A DNA stretch of 63,883 nucleotides, filler included, from Choristocarpus tenellus KU-1152 (GCA_964200185.2; 9 parts of 9 records of this genome joined end to end with filler, not necessarily neighbours in it); one strand, 5' to 3'; positions 27,481 through 41,436 are shown, counted from the first letter of the whole stretch. Translations and numbers: made by a program. Notes: generated by a model from the letters alone, not told the origin.

Positions 27481-30400
27481 CTGCTCTTGTTCGGTGTCCA
27501 TCTCTGTCGGATTTTTCTCGCCGCTTTGGCATGCTCCCTGCCTTCTTTGAAGTACATCTAAAGAAGTGACTCCCAATTCCCTGTTGACTGATGTGTCCCT
27601 TCCGGACATGCTTATCAAAGAGCCGCCCCTTGAGAAATTTAGAGTTGGAGGGAAGCGAACATTAGGAGGTAAGTGTACCACAAAGAAGTTTCTAGCACCT
27701 GGAAATATATTGGGACAAAAAAAACACACTTGCATATGTGCTGGCACACACACACACAATACCAAAACTATGTGCACGTTAGAAAACAAGTCCCAAACAA
27801 GAAATACTGGAACATATGATACTCCCTGAAATGTAGTTGTTTCTAATGTCTTTTTCATGTTCCTGCACCTCACAAAGCTCCACTTCAAGTCCTTCCACTG
27901 TTGCATTGGTATTGGGTCCTGGTGGGAAGCTGTGGAGTCGGCCTGCCGACTGTACTCATTGTACTCACGAAATGCTGCTGCTTCCATTGAGAGTGATACT
28001 ACGCCTTCCAAGACTTCACGGCACAGCTTTTCCACCCTGAGGTACAACAATTGAAACACACCAGGCGGTGTGATGTTGGCGAGTGCCACTTGTGCTTTTT
28101 TTTTTTATCCTTGGCTTCTTTTTTTTTTACCCATCCATGTTTAGAAAAGGATGCATGTGTGGTGTGTATTCATTCAGCTGGGTGAAAAAGAGGGTTATCA
28201 TGACGTAGTTATCAGACGTAGTGTTTTCATCTCGGGGCTGAAACAACTCCAATTGGTAGGGGGGTGGAAGTATCTCAATTCAATTTCAGTGAAATACTGA
28301 CTCCCCTTCGAGTAATCGCAGTGGGAGCAATAGCTTGTCGCACCCTTTTTGATATGCTAAACTACTATAAATAACTGCTATGGTGTGGGGTTGTCTCTCA
28401 AATATTGATGGAGGAAGAAGGAACACTTGGGGATCTCTTTCTGCCGGTAAGCATCTGTGGATGATTTTTTCTCTGATATATTCAACCATAGTTTATTTTG
28501 TGACAAAAAAAACTTGAACTACACAGGTCTGCAAGAGACACCCACTGCCCCATGCTTGAATCCTACGTAGGATAGGTTCAACTCCACTGTGCTAGATTGA
28601 TTGTTGGTGAAAACTACATTGAAGAGGAGATGGTGGAATTGCCTCAGAACAAGCCAAACTGCCTGACTTTCATGGATAGTCACCGCAGAAGAGATTACCC
28701 GTAAGACCAACAACTTGACGGTTTTATGTTATTCGTGGCAATAGCAGGCTGTTTGATGCTGCAGTATGGATGTTGATAGCCTACCCAACACATAGATAGG
28801 GCCCATATTCTGCTTCAGTCATGGAGCACCGGTCTGCATTGGCTGTGAAAAGTTGACCCCTTTTTCCAATGAAACATGTTTTTCCTTGAATTGACGCCAC
28901 CATAATCCAAGAGTCAATTTACATCATCGCCCCTCTGCCTAGATGACCGTTATGAGCACTTTTTTCTGGCCCATCCATCATCATAATCCGATACTCACCT
29001 GAGAGAGGCTGCAGTGCTCCTGGCCTCTAGGCTCGAATTGAATCGCTCCAATTGTGCTTTGACATCCAGCAGGTACACCTTGCGGTGGGCTTCCATACTT
29101 GCCTGGTCGCGCTGGCAAATTAAAAAAAATCGGAGGGAACAAAAACATACTGCAAAATGATATTGACCGATTTGCAATAGTCCAATGGGTGAACCCGAAC
29201 CCTAACCCTAACCCTAACCGTAAGGTAGGTGCTGGTACTTGGGGTGCTAATCGACAATAAGTCCCTTCCCATTGCCCCTTCATCTGCGAAAGTGTTGTTG
29301 CTGTTTGCATTTCCTTGGGGAGGGGGAGGGGGAGGGGGAGGGGCAAAAGTAGTATTTCGTCCTCCACTTCAGTACCAAGTCCCAATACCTTGAGGAGGTC
29401 TTCTGCATCCACTTCTGCTCGTGCTTTGTACTGCTTGTTTCGGAATGCTCGATTTTCTGTCATGACTGCCTTGTACCTGTAAGCAAACCATGCGTGTGCA
29501 GTGGTGTAGACAGAATGAACAAACTTGTCCACAGGTCACTACTGTGAGCATGACGCATGTATCCAATCAAATGTATCATTCTGTGCGTCGATGAAGGAGT
29601 CAGGGATTGACTTCTGATGTTGAACCTCATGCGGTGTGGTACTTACTTTGTTTGAGGGGAGAGCTTGAGGTGGGCCTTTTCTGACTTTTCTACTCTGTGG
29701 TATTTCCCTTTTGAGCGAGAGTATCTTAGGGTTAGGGTACGAGTTTTGCCCTGTTTGTCCGTTTGGGTCTTGGCTTCCCATGGGTTCTCTTTATAACATT
29801 TTCCTACTCCAAATTGTTTAGGGTTAGGGTAAAGTGTGTACGTTATGAAAAGGTGTGTTAGGAATATGGATATTGACACTTCGTAACAAATGCGATAGCT
29901 AAAATTACATCAAAATCGCAACATTGGATTTTGGCCCCCAAATGGACGTGGCTCTACCCTCTAAGATTCTTTGCCTCAAACTGAGAAGCAAATGCAGGCG
30001 ATGTCAAGAAATCTACTACTTTTGTCTGTTTGTCCCTTCCCCGCTTCACAAGCTGGCTTGCATTCCATAATACTTCCCAACATCTGTTAGAGCATCACTG
30101 GCAAAGGTACAAATCTCACTGCTTTTGCTTTTCCTATCACAAAAGCTCTCAACCAACTCATCAATGTTGTACTATTTATTCCAACCCCCCCCCTGACAAA
30201 TTCAAACAACAAGAGCAACTGCCCTTGGTCACTTGAGTGCCTCTGTTTCTGTTCTATTTTCATATACTCTAGAGAAGGGCTCACTTTAGGTTGGGTTTCT
30301 CAGACTAGAAATCACAGGGTTATCAGGGTAAGAATTGAAAAAAATAGGATCTTGCTGTATTGTACACTGAACAAGATTCAAATGGAGCAATGCCATTGAA

Positions 30401-33021
30401 GGAGCAAAAACATTTTACCTATGTCTGTCTGTTTAGGGCTTGAAACATTGTGATGAAAAGTGACTATTATTAGCTATTTTGTTGTCTTTTTAATCTCTGT
30501 TTTGGACCTGTTTACAGTACAAGAACTGTTTGTTTGAAGTTCATTTTTTATTCAACTCTGTTCCGGATTTGGTGACATCAAAGTCACAGCATTGAATAAC
30601 GACCCCAAACAAACGGATGCCCTCAACTCCCTGCAAAATGGTATGGCTCATCATATCTATCTTCATCAAACTTACTTGAAAATGGCGTTGATATGATTGT
30701 CCACCTCCTCTTCGGCCTGGCAACGCCTCTTCAGCTTTTCCTCCAGAACTGATCTGCCCTGCATAAAGTGCAATAGCCGTTGAGCCCCCTGCTTCTGTGC
30801 TATGAACTTTCTCCTGTGGTTGAGAGATAACAAATTAATCCATCAGGGCTGAGAATTGCATGTTTTGTAGCTCAACACGGGAGGATAGAAAGGGACCAAA
30901 CCCATACCTGCTTCCAGGGATGTTGCGGAAAATTTCCCACTGTAACATGTTCTTGCGCAGGCTCATGATGTGTACCTCCCTGTGCCTCCCACTAGATCAG
31001 TCTTTTTGAACTAAAAAACCATGGTAAATATTCAAGACATAACCAGCTTACGTAGGTTCTCAGAGGCATCACCAAGGAGGGAAACACGCACATCCTATGT
31101 CATGTGATCCACCACAGCTAACAGCACTAACATAGCAACCACCCAGCACAAGCTGACCTCCTCCTCTCCTTTTCCCCAGTTCTTTCCTCTGCCCTGCGCT
31201 CCATCATGCGCAACATCTGTGCTTTGTGTCCCTTCTCCAGGGAGTCCTTATCCAAAAATCCCTGCTCAACAGCTGGTGCAGCCCAGGTAGCTGCATCATC
31301 GTCCTCCTGGTTGGTGCTTCTTACTTGCCAAATTGTTCAGTGTTGGAGAGGAGTGGATGGGGCGGGGTTATGTAGGGTGGTGTTCTGGTATTGGTGGTGT
31401 TCTGGTATTGGTGGTGTTCTGGTATTGGTGGTGTTCTGGTATTGGTGGTGTTCTGGTATTGGTGGTGTTCTAGTATTGGTGGTGTTCTAGTATTCTAGTA
31501 TTCTAGTATTCTAGTATTCTAGTATTCTAGTATTCTAGTATTCTAGTATTCTAGTATTGCAGTCTCGAAGTGAATATTTTGCTCTGGAATCTCTGCTGTC
31601 AAGCCTGACTTGGGAGGATATGACCTCTTGCTGCCTATCCATTGAGCAGCCAGCTAGCTCACCCTCCCTCAAGAGTACACTGACCTTCACTTGAGTCATA
31701 CTTTGAATGATTGTGCAATGCTTGCGTTCTTGTGAAAATCCCTAACCCTGCAGCTACTCAGATTTGGCCCACACTAGCAGTGAATAGGACGAGAGATTTT
31801 ATGAGGGATAGAAACAAGATTTAGTACTTGCCCTCCCCCTGCCTTAGACTGCAAGTCCCATCATTATCAGGTCTGACCTAACTTGCTGGCCTTGGCCTCA
31901 AACTCAGATAAGTCCTCTTCCACGGCACGTCTACCATCTTCAAGAGTCCTCCCTAGGCGAGCCATCCGAACCAAGTCCATCTTCTTGAAGAATTTTCTTT
32001 TCCGATTTTGTCTGCTCCCAGGCAAAAAAAGGTACAACCGAAAAGGGTATGCAATGATTGGGGTTGCACAGAGGTTGGGGTTTGAGGGATTAGTTTGATT
32101 CTTTTGCTGGCGGGTTCTAATGATACCAATTGTGTACCCTTGGGCAAGCTTGTTTCATTGAGGAACTTGTTCACTTATTGAGTCAAAGAGTGAAAGTATC
32201 TTAGAGGGTACGAATTCTGACGTATTTGTCCATGTGGGGCTTGGCTTCCCACGGGTTATTAATTACGTTTTACCTAGTCCGAAATGTTTCTGAGTAGGTA
32301 AAATCTATACGGCATGAAAAGCGGTGTCCAGCCAATAATATTGGCATCTCCTAACAAACATGATAGCCAAAATTACATCAAAATTGCAACATTGGACGTA
32401 ATGTTGGCTATCGTGATTGTTAGCAAGTGTCAATATCCATGTTCTGGACACACCTTTTTCATAACGTATAAATTTTATCTACTCTGAAACATTTCAGAGT
32501 AGGAAAATGCCATAACAAACGCGTGGGAAGTCAAGCCCCAAACGGACAAGCAGGGCAAATCCCATACCCTAACCCTAAGGTACCTACACTCATTTTGCAA
32601 AGATATCTACATGTTTGTCATACACATTTGAACAAGCTAGCTGCTCTGAAACCCCTGCATATCCCCCGCCTGAAGGATCCTTCCTATAACCATTACTCTT
32701 GATTTGCAATGCATATACCTCGTATACCTCATATACCTCACAAACATTGAAGGCGCCACCAATTCCACTCGCTGCACAAAAAGTATTCTTTATAATATAC
32801 ATATATATATATATTAAATTTTCTTCTACTATGAACTAATTAATGCCTGTAGTGGTGGAAAAAAGGCAAAAAAAAAAATCTGTAGAGTCAGGAAGTTGCT
32901 CGGTGTTGCATCGAAATTATTATGAGTTGATTTCAATAGCGTACCTTGCCCTTGCTCGTGTCATGTTCTGGAACCAAGCCTCCACATTGTTGTTTTCCCA
33001 GTGAGTACTCAACGCCTTCCT
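27481..33021 (-). CDS. SPEF2: SPEF2/CPC1-like flagellar central-pair protein, internal part. Exons 33021-32945, 32011-31883, 31747-31702, 31306-31158, 30813-30676, 29476-29389, 29111-28999, 28036-27869, 27628-27481
   Basis: Nine GT-AG exons join in one open frame. Segments EKERRRRKFIAQKQ, EEKLKRRCQAEEEV, KAVMTENRAFRNKQY and LCREVLEGVVSLSMEAAAFRE...IPMQQWKDLK resemble, from memory, the SPEF2 coiled-coil region (EKRRRK..., xNRIFREKQ, ICxEILDQIVDLS...IP...WKELF). Confidence 0.65.
29713..29977 (+). mobile_element. MITE family B carrying two telomeric-repeat edits, in a SPEF2 intron
   Basis: Colinear with the other B copies. TTAGGGTTAGGG occurs at 29726 and 29818. Confidence 0.85.
31376..31558. 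repeat. Compound minisatellite: (ggtggtgttctRgtatt) x7 then (ctagtatt) x8
   Basis: Read directly from the sequence. Confidence 0.97.
32188..32580. mobile_element. Fold-back of two inverted left portions of MITE family B
   Basis: 32188-~32398 is a forward B copy and ~32399-32580 is a reverse B copy. It is preceded by an 8-nt TIR stub gagtcaaa. Confidence 0.75.
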
Positions 33022-33859
33022 CTGAAGGAATGAAGGGTTGTGGTGGTGAATGCGGAGAATAGAGTTTACAAGGGATGTATGTATGTCTGAGAATGGGTGA
33101 GAGCGGGTGGGAATAAATAATATTTTTCCTCGCCCTTCGCTTGTACTCATGATTGCAAGTACATACGCACGAGTGCTATGTGGGAAGAGTTGTCAGGATC
33201 ATAATTGTGGAAAAAATCGTAACAGCGAGAACAGCATGGATAATAATGGTGGTTAATACATCCATATTTTCAAGAAGATAAGGAATGACAACCAAGATAC
33301 CTACCACACTGAGCTTTAGTGACTACGCTTATAGGTGTCAATGAGATGAGATCCCTTTCTTTCTGTAGTGGACACCCCCTGACCCCCCCCAACNNNNNNN
33401 NNNNNNNNNNNNNNNNNNNNNNNNNNNNNNNNNNNNNTTAATTAATTAANNNNNNNNNNNNNNNNNNNNNNNNNNNNNNNNNNNNNNNNNNNNCCCACAA
33501 ACCTCAGAGTAGCCTAGGACACATGTGCATCAATAAGATCCCCCCCCCCCTTCCCATTACAAGAACAAGGTATTTACCAGACACTCCTACACAATAATTC
33601 TCTCCTCATTGGTCACTCCTCATTGGCAGTTGCAAGAGTATCGATCAATTCCACGGCTACTACCTGATTCAACAGCTAATGCAACCCCTACATCCTTTAG
33701 AAACCACATCACTGCTTACACGCCATCCATGTGTTTGCAACATCCAGCAATAAAAATAAAAAATCATTCACACGATACCCACACGCAGGGAATGACAATC
33801 CAAGGGACCATCTTCTTATCGACAAAAACATAAAACCAATGGCCGTTTCACTCAGCATC

Positions 33860-33895
<36 letters not shown>

Positions 33896-36800
33896 AACAA
33901 AATAAAAGCACCGTTGATGTTGCAATGGTTATTATTCTTAAAATATATTTTTTGAAAAAAAAAATGCACTGTTGATGTTGCAATTTTTATTTTTGTTTTT
34001 AAATTCATTTTGGAGCAAAAAACACACTGTTATAATTGTTGAACACCAATCACCACTGTAGCGATCGTACATCAACTACAGCCGTACTGATTGTACACCA
34101 AACATGTCAGCATCTAATCTTGATATAATCTCAAACAAGACATCCGACACTCATGATCTTAGACCCTCCTCCCTTGTGCCTCTCTAGGTACAGGAAGACA
34201 AAAAATAAACAAATAACGGTTTTATTTTCTTCGCATTAATGACTCATCGAGATCAATTACTAAAAACTGGCTCTATTCTACTCTGTCAGAAGACCTACCC
34301 AGTCGCATCACTTCCTGCTTGGGAGTCACTCCACAATTGTGCATCAACAGATACACACACCAAAGCACGCCAATCCATCCCAGCCAAAGAAAGAGTTCAT
34401 GAACAGATACACACACACACACCAAAAAAAGATACACCTCCCGAGAGTCATCTTGAACGCCTCACTACACTTTACAACAGTGACACCGTCAGGCTGACCT
34501 TTGTAACCCCGAGGTAGAGAGATCAAAAAAAAAAATCACAGCATTTTCCTATCCTTTTCCTGAACACACACTACAAACACAAGTAAAAACCGCCTCAAAA
34601 AATGGGGTTTCTGTAACCTTGGCAAGCGTTCTCTACGTAGTACTATGTAATACTTCATCTGCGCCAGTATTTACGGAGCATACATAGGCACACAGTGAAC
34701 ACACTTGACATATATTGACTTTGTTTGACTCAGCACTACCGATAGCCACAACAAAAATGTAATTGTGGAACGTAACTGTGGAACCCTCTGGTAGACCTTG
34801 CCAATATTAACATGATGTTTTATGCTAGTAAAGGCGGGAGATAGGTTTAGGGTTTGGGACTGATTCACCACAATAGGGATACTCAAAATGTTCATTACTA
34901 AAGCTATCGATATTACCATTGTATTGCTGTAACTACAAATGCCATCATCATTGTAACAAAATTAATGTAAGTACAAATATGATTATACTTTATTATTACT
35001 ATCTTACCATTTGTTTGCTAAAACTATAAAGATAAACATCACAATACTATTGCCATAAATTTTATCACATGCTAACACTTCTAAAAATATTATAATGCTA
35101 AAAATACAAACTTGATCATATTGATATTCTTGCAAGTACCACTATCAATTTATCACTATAACAACAAACACTATCATCACAATGTTGCTATTAATAAAAA
35201 ATTATGTGACTTGTATTACTGGAACTATAAATAAATCACCATTGCATTAATACTAGAATAACTTAACTACAATCGCAGCAATCATAAAAATAATATTAAT
35301 AATATTACACAACAAAACTACATTATTGTAACAAATTAAAAATCGTTACATAACTACAAATACAGTTACTAGACATACCTGCAACAAGATAGGTCCACCT
35401 GGTCCAGCAGTCATGGATTCCGTAATGGACTCCAGTGGCCGACCATTGCTACCTGTCATGACCTATCACAGTCATCACATTTGTTGTTCACAGAGGGGAA
35501 GTAGTTGCTAGTTGAGGGTATCAAAAACTCCACAAGAATGAAGGGAAAGAAGAGAGAACACTGTTGTTCAACTCACCTAGCGCTCACTGGGAACATCAAC
35601 CACTCCCAGGCATTTTTATTTTTTCTTGGAGTGGAGGGCCAATGCTAACTTCCGTCAATATTTTCAACAACTTGGGCGAAGTGCAGGATGAAAGCATGTT
35701 CATTTCAAGAATACACACACACACACACACACACACATGAGTAGGTATAGCCCTGTTGTTATCTAAACATTTGACGGAAGAAGGTATCCACATCAACCCC
35801 AAACAAAAATATACTCTTTATATAGTTCACTTCACTTCGCTTCACTTCAATATTGACCAGCCCAATCATTCATCGGCCTCTTTCAATACATACACATGCA
35901 CAGGTGGATGTACAAAGGTGTGCATTCAATATGACAACAATAAAAAAAAATCCTTAATCTTCTGGTAAATTTAAACTCACGGAAAAAAAAAAGAAAGGGC
36001 ACTGTTGCATTTTCTTTTTCTCTGCTGTAGATACTTCTCGACAATAGCGTTTTTTTCCACAGAGAGGAGCACTTGTTGCAACAATAGAAGATATTTATTT
36101 TTCTATATTTTGTGGTTCCTATTGAGTAAAATAGTCCTTTTCTTGGCACTTCGAAATTGTGACCCTCCACACTTTCACCTCCTGGGGGTGATAGGAATGC
36201 AAAAACGATATCAGGACTAACCAGCTGGGAAAAGAGTAAGGTAGTCGAGGCACAATCCCCAGAGGGTATGTTTAGGGAAAGAGATAGGGGGAGAGATGGG
36301 GGGAAGGAAAGGGGCGGAGAGGATCTCATGAAACGCCTAACGGAAATTATTGTCGCTGGATGGCATCATTTCCTCCAATTACCAAAGAGACGTCCATTTG
36401 GGGGACTGGAAAGATGTCTAGCCATCAGAGCCAACTAAACCATAAATGAGGCAAGTCTGGGCTACAGGTAAGGGCAGGTGTCCCGACAGAGGTATCTCCC
36501 ACATTCGAATTCATCGGTCGCGTCACAGAGATGACTCCCACGTGCACAAGAACAGAAACACTAAGCCCATGCACCTGAACAAGAACGGTGCACGCTGGAA
36601 AGTCGGATCTAACTTGTGAGAGTTGGTACATCCGACAGATGAACTGTGAACGGAACGCAAAGTTAGAATATTAATGCACCGCCTCCCATTTGAGTCCTGT
36701 CAAACAGACCCTAAGCACAGCAATAGATAAAAAGAAGTATTCAAGCGTAGTCATCGCAGATCTTTGGATGTTGTATGGAGGCAAGATATGACTGTTCTGG

Positions 36801-37582
36801 AAAATGACTTTGTTCGATCTTTGTGGCGTAGGGTTGACAATCAAATCACTTGGGATACTTGATTAGGTCGAGATTCGACTTGGAGGAAAGGGCCACACCG
36901 GGAGCAGTTGCCATCTATCCCGTGAAGTCTTCCCAGTTAAATAGGATCGTGTGGGAGCTGGATCGAGGGTTGGATGATGCTTAGTAAGCACGATTTGAGT
37001 TAACAGTCTCGACCCTTGACGATGGGCCCAACAGAGATGCGTGCGTACGCCTAGATCTTTCAATGTGCACCATGGTACCTAATATGCCATGCTATAATTT
37101 TCAAGCCACACGAGCACATTCAAGAAAAATACATCCCAACATATTGCACTTACCCCGCTTGATGTCTGACTTTTGGCATAGTCATCTATCTGAGATGTAG
37201 CCTTGTCCCTAGCCATGTTGATATGTTTCCAGAAATACCCCGCCTGTCTTTGCAAAAAAGGAACTGTCCAGTGCGCTGAGTGTGCAAACTTTGTAGGTTC
37301 AAGATGACGCTAGAATGGATAGGTCTTTGATGCAGGTGCTCCGTACTTGTGACTCAGGATGTGAGAGGGCCAGTAGTGTTGTACGTATCTATCTTGAACC
37401 ATTTCTGTAACATGTGATGAGTAATTCATTTTAGGCTCTGTGGCGCTACAAAGCTTCTTGGTGGCTCTTGTGGCCGTTACCACCTTCTCAAATCTCACCC
37501 GACTCCTATATCAAGAGAGTAACTCAATTTCGAGTGTCCTGGATGTTAAATGTGTTTGAGGCTGTAGAAGATTTGGATGCTC

Positions 37583-39789
37583 ATGAGAAAATCACTATAC
37601 CTGTCATTCTTGGTGGTGACTCATGTATCGAGAGGAGTTACTGCGGCTGGGGGTGACTCATTGTCAGCCTATGACGATGATGATCACGGCAGCAGCTGTG
37701 GCCATCACAACCTCTTCGCCCTCGGGACAGATTTAGACCTCACTAAGGTATGAGGATATTTTATGATTGCTAGATCAGGCAAAGTAGAGTAGGATTGCAT
37801 TCCATGACGTTTCGGGGTATTATGTTAATACATAGGCAAGTGTTGATCATGATCACAACATATTTACGTAAGGATATGCATCCATATCCACTCGCGCACC
37901 TGCGGAGTACGTCATTTCGTAAGTCCGCTTTGACTCTGTTACTCGTACACAAATAGCACCTGAACTTATCTTGTTTCCATCCTGTAGTTCAAGCATGCGC
38001 AAATAGTCGGTAAACTGGTGGAATTGGTGGGAATGGCGAGTAATATGGTTGTCATACGATTGAAGGATGGTCTTCTCATCTTCGATCGTATAATCATGTC
38101 CTCGAGCAAGTGAAATCTTCACTGCCCTGTTCTCCGTCCCTTTCTGTCCATCGCAGGCCTCATTGTGTTTTTTGTCGCTTATATTCTTTACGGTGGTGAT
38201 CGAGTATATTCTAGAGAGGCTGGAGCATGCTCTGAGAAATTCCGAACACTACCAGGCCATGCTCGACAAGGTGAATTTGAACTCACCTGCTTCTTCCCTC
38301 CACTTTCAAATGTTGACTTCTATATGTGGTCTTCTCTTCTTTCTTTCTGATTGTACGCTTCTTCGTCAGAGTGCAAGTATAGCCCAGCTCCCTTAAACAT
38401 GTGGTCCGAATACCAGTCACAAACCCTTCACAACTCTCGTGGTCCATGACTTCACCCATTATAGAGTACTCACATGGGGTTTGTTTTTGACCACCAAAGG
38501 CTCAGATCACTGAGTCGTAAGAGAGTACTCTATCTCTCAACTCCCAACGACATTTCCAATTGTGCTGACCATCAAGGTCAGGACCAATGCACCTCTCCAG
38601 CTCGTTGCCTCTCCTTCTTGTGCAGTTGAGAATATAGTACAAGATAACCAACCCTTCAAGGATGACTCCAATACTGAACACTCTTCTAATTTCATCTGAT
38701 TCCAAATACCCAACACCATTATGTTGTAATTTTTTTTGTTGTACGCTGTTTCGCCACTGATAAATCTCTCTTTTTTCTCACAGGTTGTGAAGGAACTCAT
38801 GATCCTCGGTCTTATTTCATTCACCCTCTTTGTGTTGGAAACTATTGGAGCTATGGAGGAATTGGGAAATGTTTGGCTCTTACCGTTTGAGTTCTCACAC
38901 ATCTTGATCTTCTTTGTGGCCATTGCATACACCCTCCAGGCATTCTTGCTGGCGATCATGGTACGTGGTATGTTGCAAGTTGAACTCCATCCTCCCCCCC
39001 CTGTGGTCCAATGTGATGATCTAGAGTCATAGATATACACACTACGTAGTACATCCTCAATCACTTGCAGCAATCATAGGGATGATGATAACCTTAGGTT
39101 CTTTTGTTCATTCCACAACACTCAACTACCCCCAAAAAGATCACTTTTGTTCACAATACGTATCACTACTGAGAAACAGGCCAACCACGTCAACAAATTT
39201 GAACAAAGGATTCTCTTTGCGCCAATGTTGCTTGGAATATTGCCGACTCAATTTAGTTTAGAGCTGACTTGGGCTTTGCAAGGAGTGAAAGTATCTTAGA
39301 GGGTACGAGTTTTGCCCTGTTTGTCTATTTGGGTCTTAACTTCCCATGGGGTTTTTTAATTACATTTTACCTACTCTGGAACGTTTCGAAGTAGGTAAAA
39401 TGTATATGTTATGAAAATTTGCGTCCAGATAATAAGGACATTGACAAATCACCTAACAAAACACAATAGCCAAAATTACATCAAAATTCCAACATTGGAT
39501 TTTGGACCCCAAATGGACACGGCTCTACCCCTCTAAGATACTTTGACTCACACACACACATATGCAGGTGGTCCAGAGTCAAAGGTATTGGGTGCGTGTG
39601 GACGAGCATACCAGGGATAGTCTTGTTGAGGGCCTCAGACAAGCCAACTCCTCGTCGTCGGAATGGTGGGGGTCATTGCAAGGAGATCTGGGTCTGTTTT
39701 TTTCAGAGGTGCCTACTCTTACCAACTTCTTCCTCCTCAAGCACCTCTTCATTAGGAGTCACGGCCTACCAACTGGGTTCAAGTTTCAG
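37583..39789 (+). CDS. MLO: MLO-family membrane protein, 3' partial. Exons 37583-37747, 38157-38270, 38784-38960, 39568-39789
   Basis: All exons are phase 0 with GT-AG junctions. Motifs IEYILERLEH...MLDK|VVKELMILGLISFTLF (cf. MLO LEKIKxELMLLGFISLLL), FEFSHILIFFVAI (cf. LHxLHIFIFVLA) and FFLLKHLFIRSHGLPTGFKF (cf. YxxLRxGFIxxH...FDF). Confidence 0.82.
39283..39549 (+). mobile_element. MITE family B, full length, in MLO intron 3
   Basis: gagtgaaagtatcttagagggta ... tacccctctaagatactttgactc. Confidence 0.88.
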
Positions 39790-39919
39790 GTGTGCAGAGA
39801 AAGCTCGTAGGGAGAGGATGCCCGTTTTGTCTCTTATCTGAGAGGTAGTGAGGGTTAGGGTTTGTTAAGGAGGCAGGTGGTGTATGTAGCCACAGTTACA
39901 TACAATATAGTAATTGTGC

Positions 39920-39957
<38 letters not shown>

Positions 39958-40383
39958 TCTGCTGACTCTATTGCAGATATTTTTATACTTTTGACAACGA
40001 CAGACCAGATGTCATGGCTCAAGTCTCAGTAAGACTTCAGGAAAGATAATTGCAACGAATGCTTGATATTACATATTTCAATGCAACCCCCATCCACATG
40101 TTGAATCTACTGTACTGGAACAATCAGAATGTGCACATTTTCAAGAGGATTGCCGTAACCTCTTGTTCACATCTTAAAGTGGGATTCTGAGCAGGCATTA
40201 TCTTTCCTCCTCTTACACAGTGTCGGAGACTGCTCGCTCAGAGCATTTCAGAGCATTAATGCTATAGACCTTGTAGATAGGAGCAGCCAGCTTACTACTT
40301 CTACCCACCTTCTAGAAAGGTTGACTATCTGTGAAATAAACTTGCCCCTGTTTTTATTTTACGTAGAAATTTAAATGAGAAGT

Positions 40384-40647
40384 GAGTGAAAGTATCTTAG
40401 GGTTAGGGTACGATTTTTGCCCTGTTTGTCCGTTTTGGGCTTGGCTTCCCATGAGTTTTCTTATGACATTTTACCTACACATACGTACTTCGGGGTAGGT
40501 AGAGTGTGTATGTTATGAAAAGGTGTGTCCAAAACATATATATTGACACTTCCTAACAAACCCGATAGCCAAAATTGCATCGATATCACAACATTGGATT
40601 TTGACCCCCAAATGGACGCGGCTCTACCCTCTAAGATACTTTGGCTC
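40384..40647 (+). mobile_element. MITE family B, full length, TSD AAGT
   Basis: GAG...CTC termini with a perfect 4-bp direct repeat AAGT at 40380-40383 and 40648-40651. Confidence 0.9.
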
Positions 40648-40842
40648 AAGTATTGTTTTAAACTTCAATATATAGAACATACGGAATCTAGATCTGTCTA
40701 TTCATTTGTGTTGTGGTTCAAATATATAGGAAGAAAATTCAATAGCATATAAGAGGGAAGGAGTTTTGCCCTGTTTGTCTGTTTGGGGCTTGGCTTCCCT
40801 TTTTTTTTATGCCCTTTTTCGGTTTTCTATGTGAACATATTT

Positions 40843-41113
40843 GAGTGAAAGTATCTTAGAGGGTACAAGGTTTTCCCTTCTTGCCCATTTGGGACTTGGC
40901 TTTCCACGGGTTTTTATCGACATTTTAGCTACTCCAAATGTTTCAGGGTGTGTTAGGGTTAGGGTGAAATGTATACGATATAAAAAAGGTGTGTCCGGAA
41001 CAAGAATGTTGACATCTCCTAACAAACATGACAATCAAAATTACATCAAAACAGCAACATTGGAATTTGGTCCCCAAATGGACGCGGTTCTACCCTCTAA
41101 GATAATTTGACTC
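40843..41113 (+). mobile_element. MITE family B, full length; partial copies at 40761-40799 and 41119-41305
   Basis: GAG...CTC termini with flanks ATTT/ATTA. Confidence 0.85.
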
Positions 41114-41436
41114 ATTAACCTGCTCCAAAACATTTTGGAGTATGAGAAATGTACACAACTATGAAAGGGGTGTCCGGAGCACTATGATATTGAAACTTGC
41201 TAACAAATGCGATAGCCAGAATTCATCAAGATCACAACATTGGACTCATGACCCGGAACGGACGCAACCCTCCCTACCCTAACCCTAACCCAGATACTTT
41301 GGGTCCCTACCCTCTTGAATGCTTTGGGAGAACTAGCTCACTCTAATTGAATAAGGCTATATTGGAGCAGATCAAATGTATCTGGTACACCAAGAATTGT
41401 TTCAAAGGGGATATGTATCACTTGTACGGGATATAC

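Noticed and set aside
31739-31750. Telomere-like ccctaaccctg
   Set aside because: Under two full units, and it overlaps an acceptor and coding sequence (VRD) of the SPEF2-like exon, so it is likely coincidental.
32945-33021. Homeodomain-like motif VEAWFQNMTRARAR
   Set aside because: The spacing after WFQN is wrong, and the exon splices in frame into the SPEF2-like coiled-coil gene.
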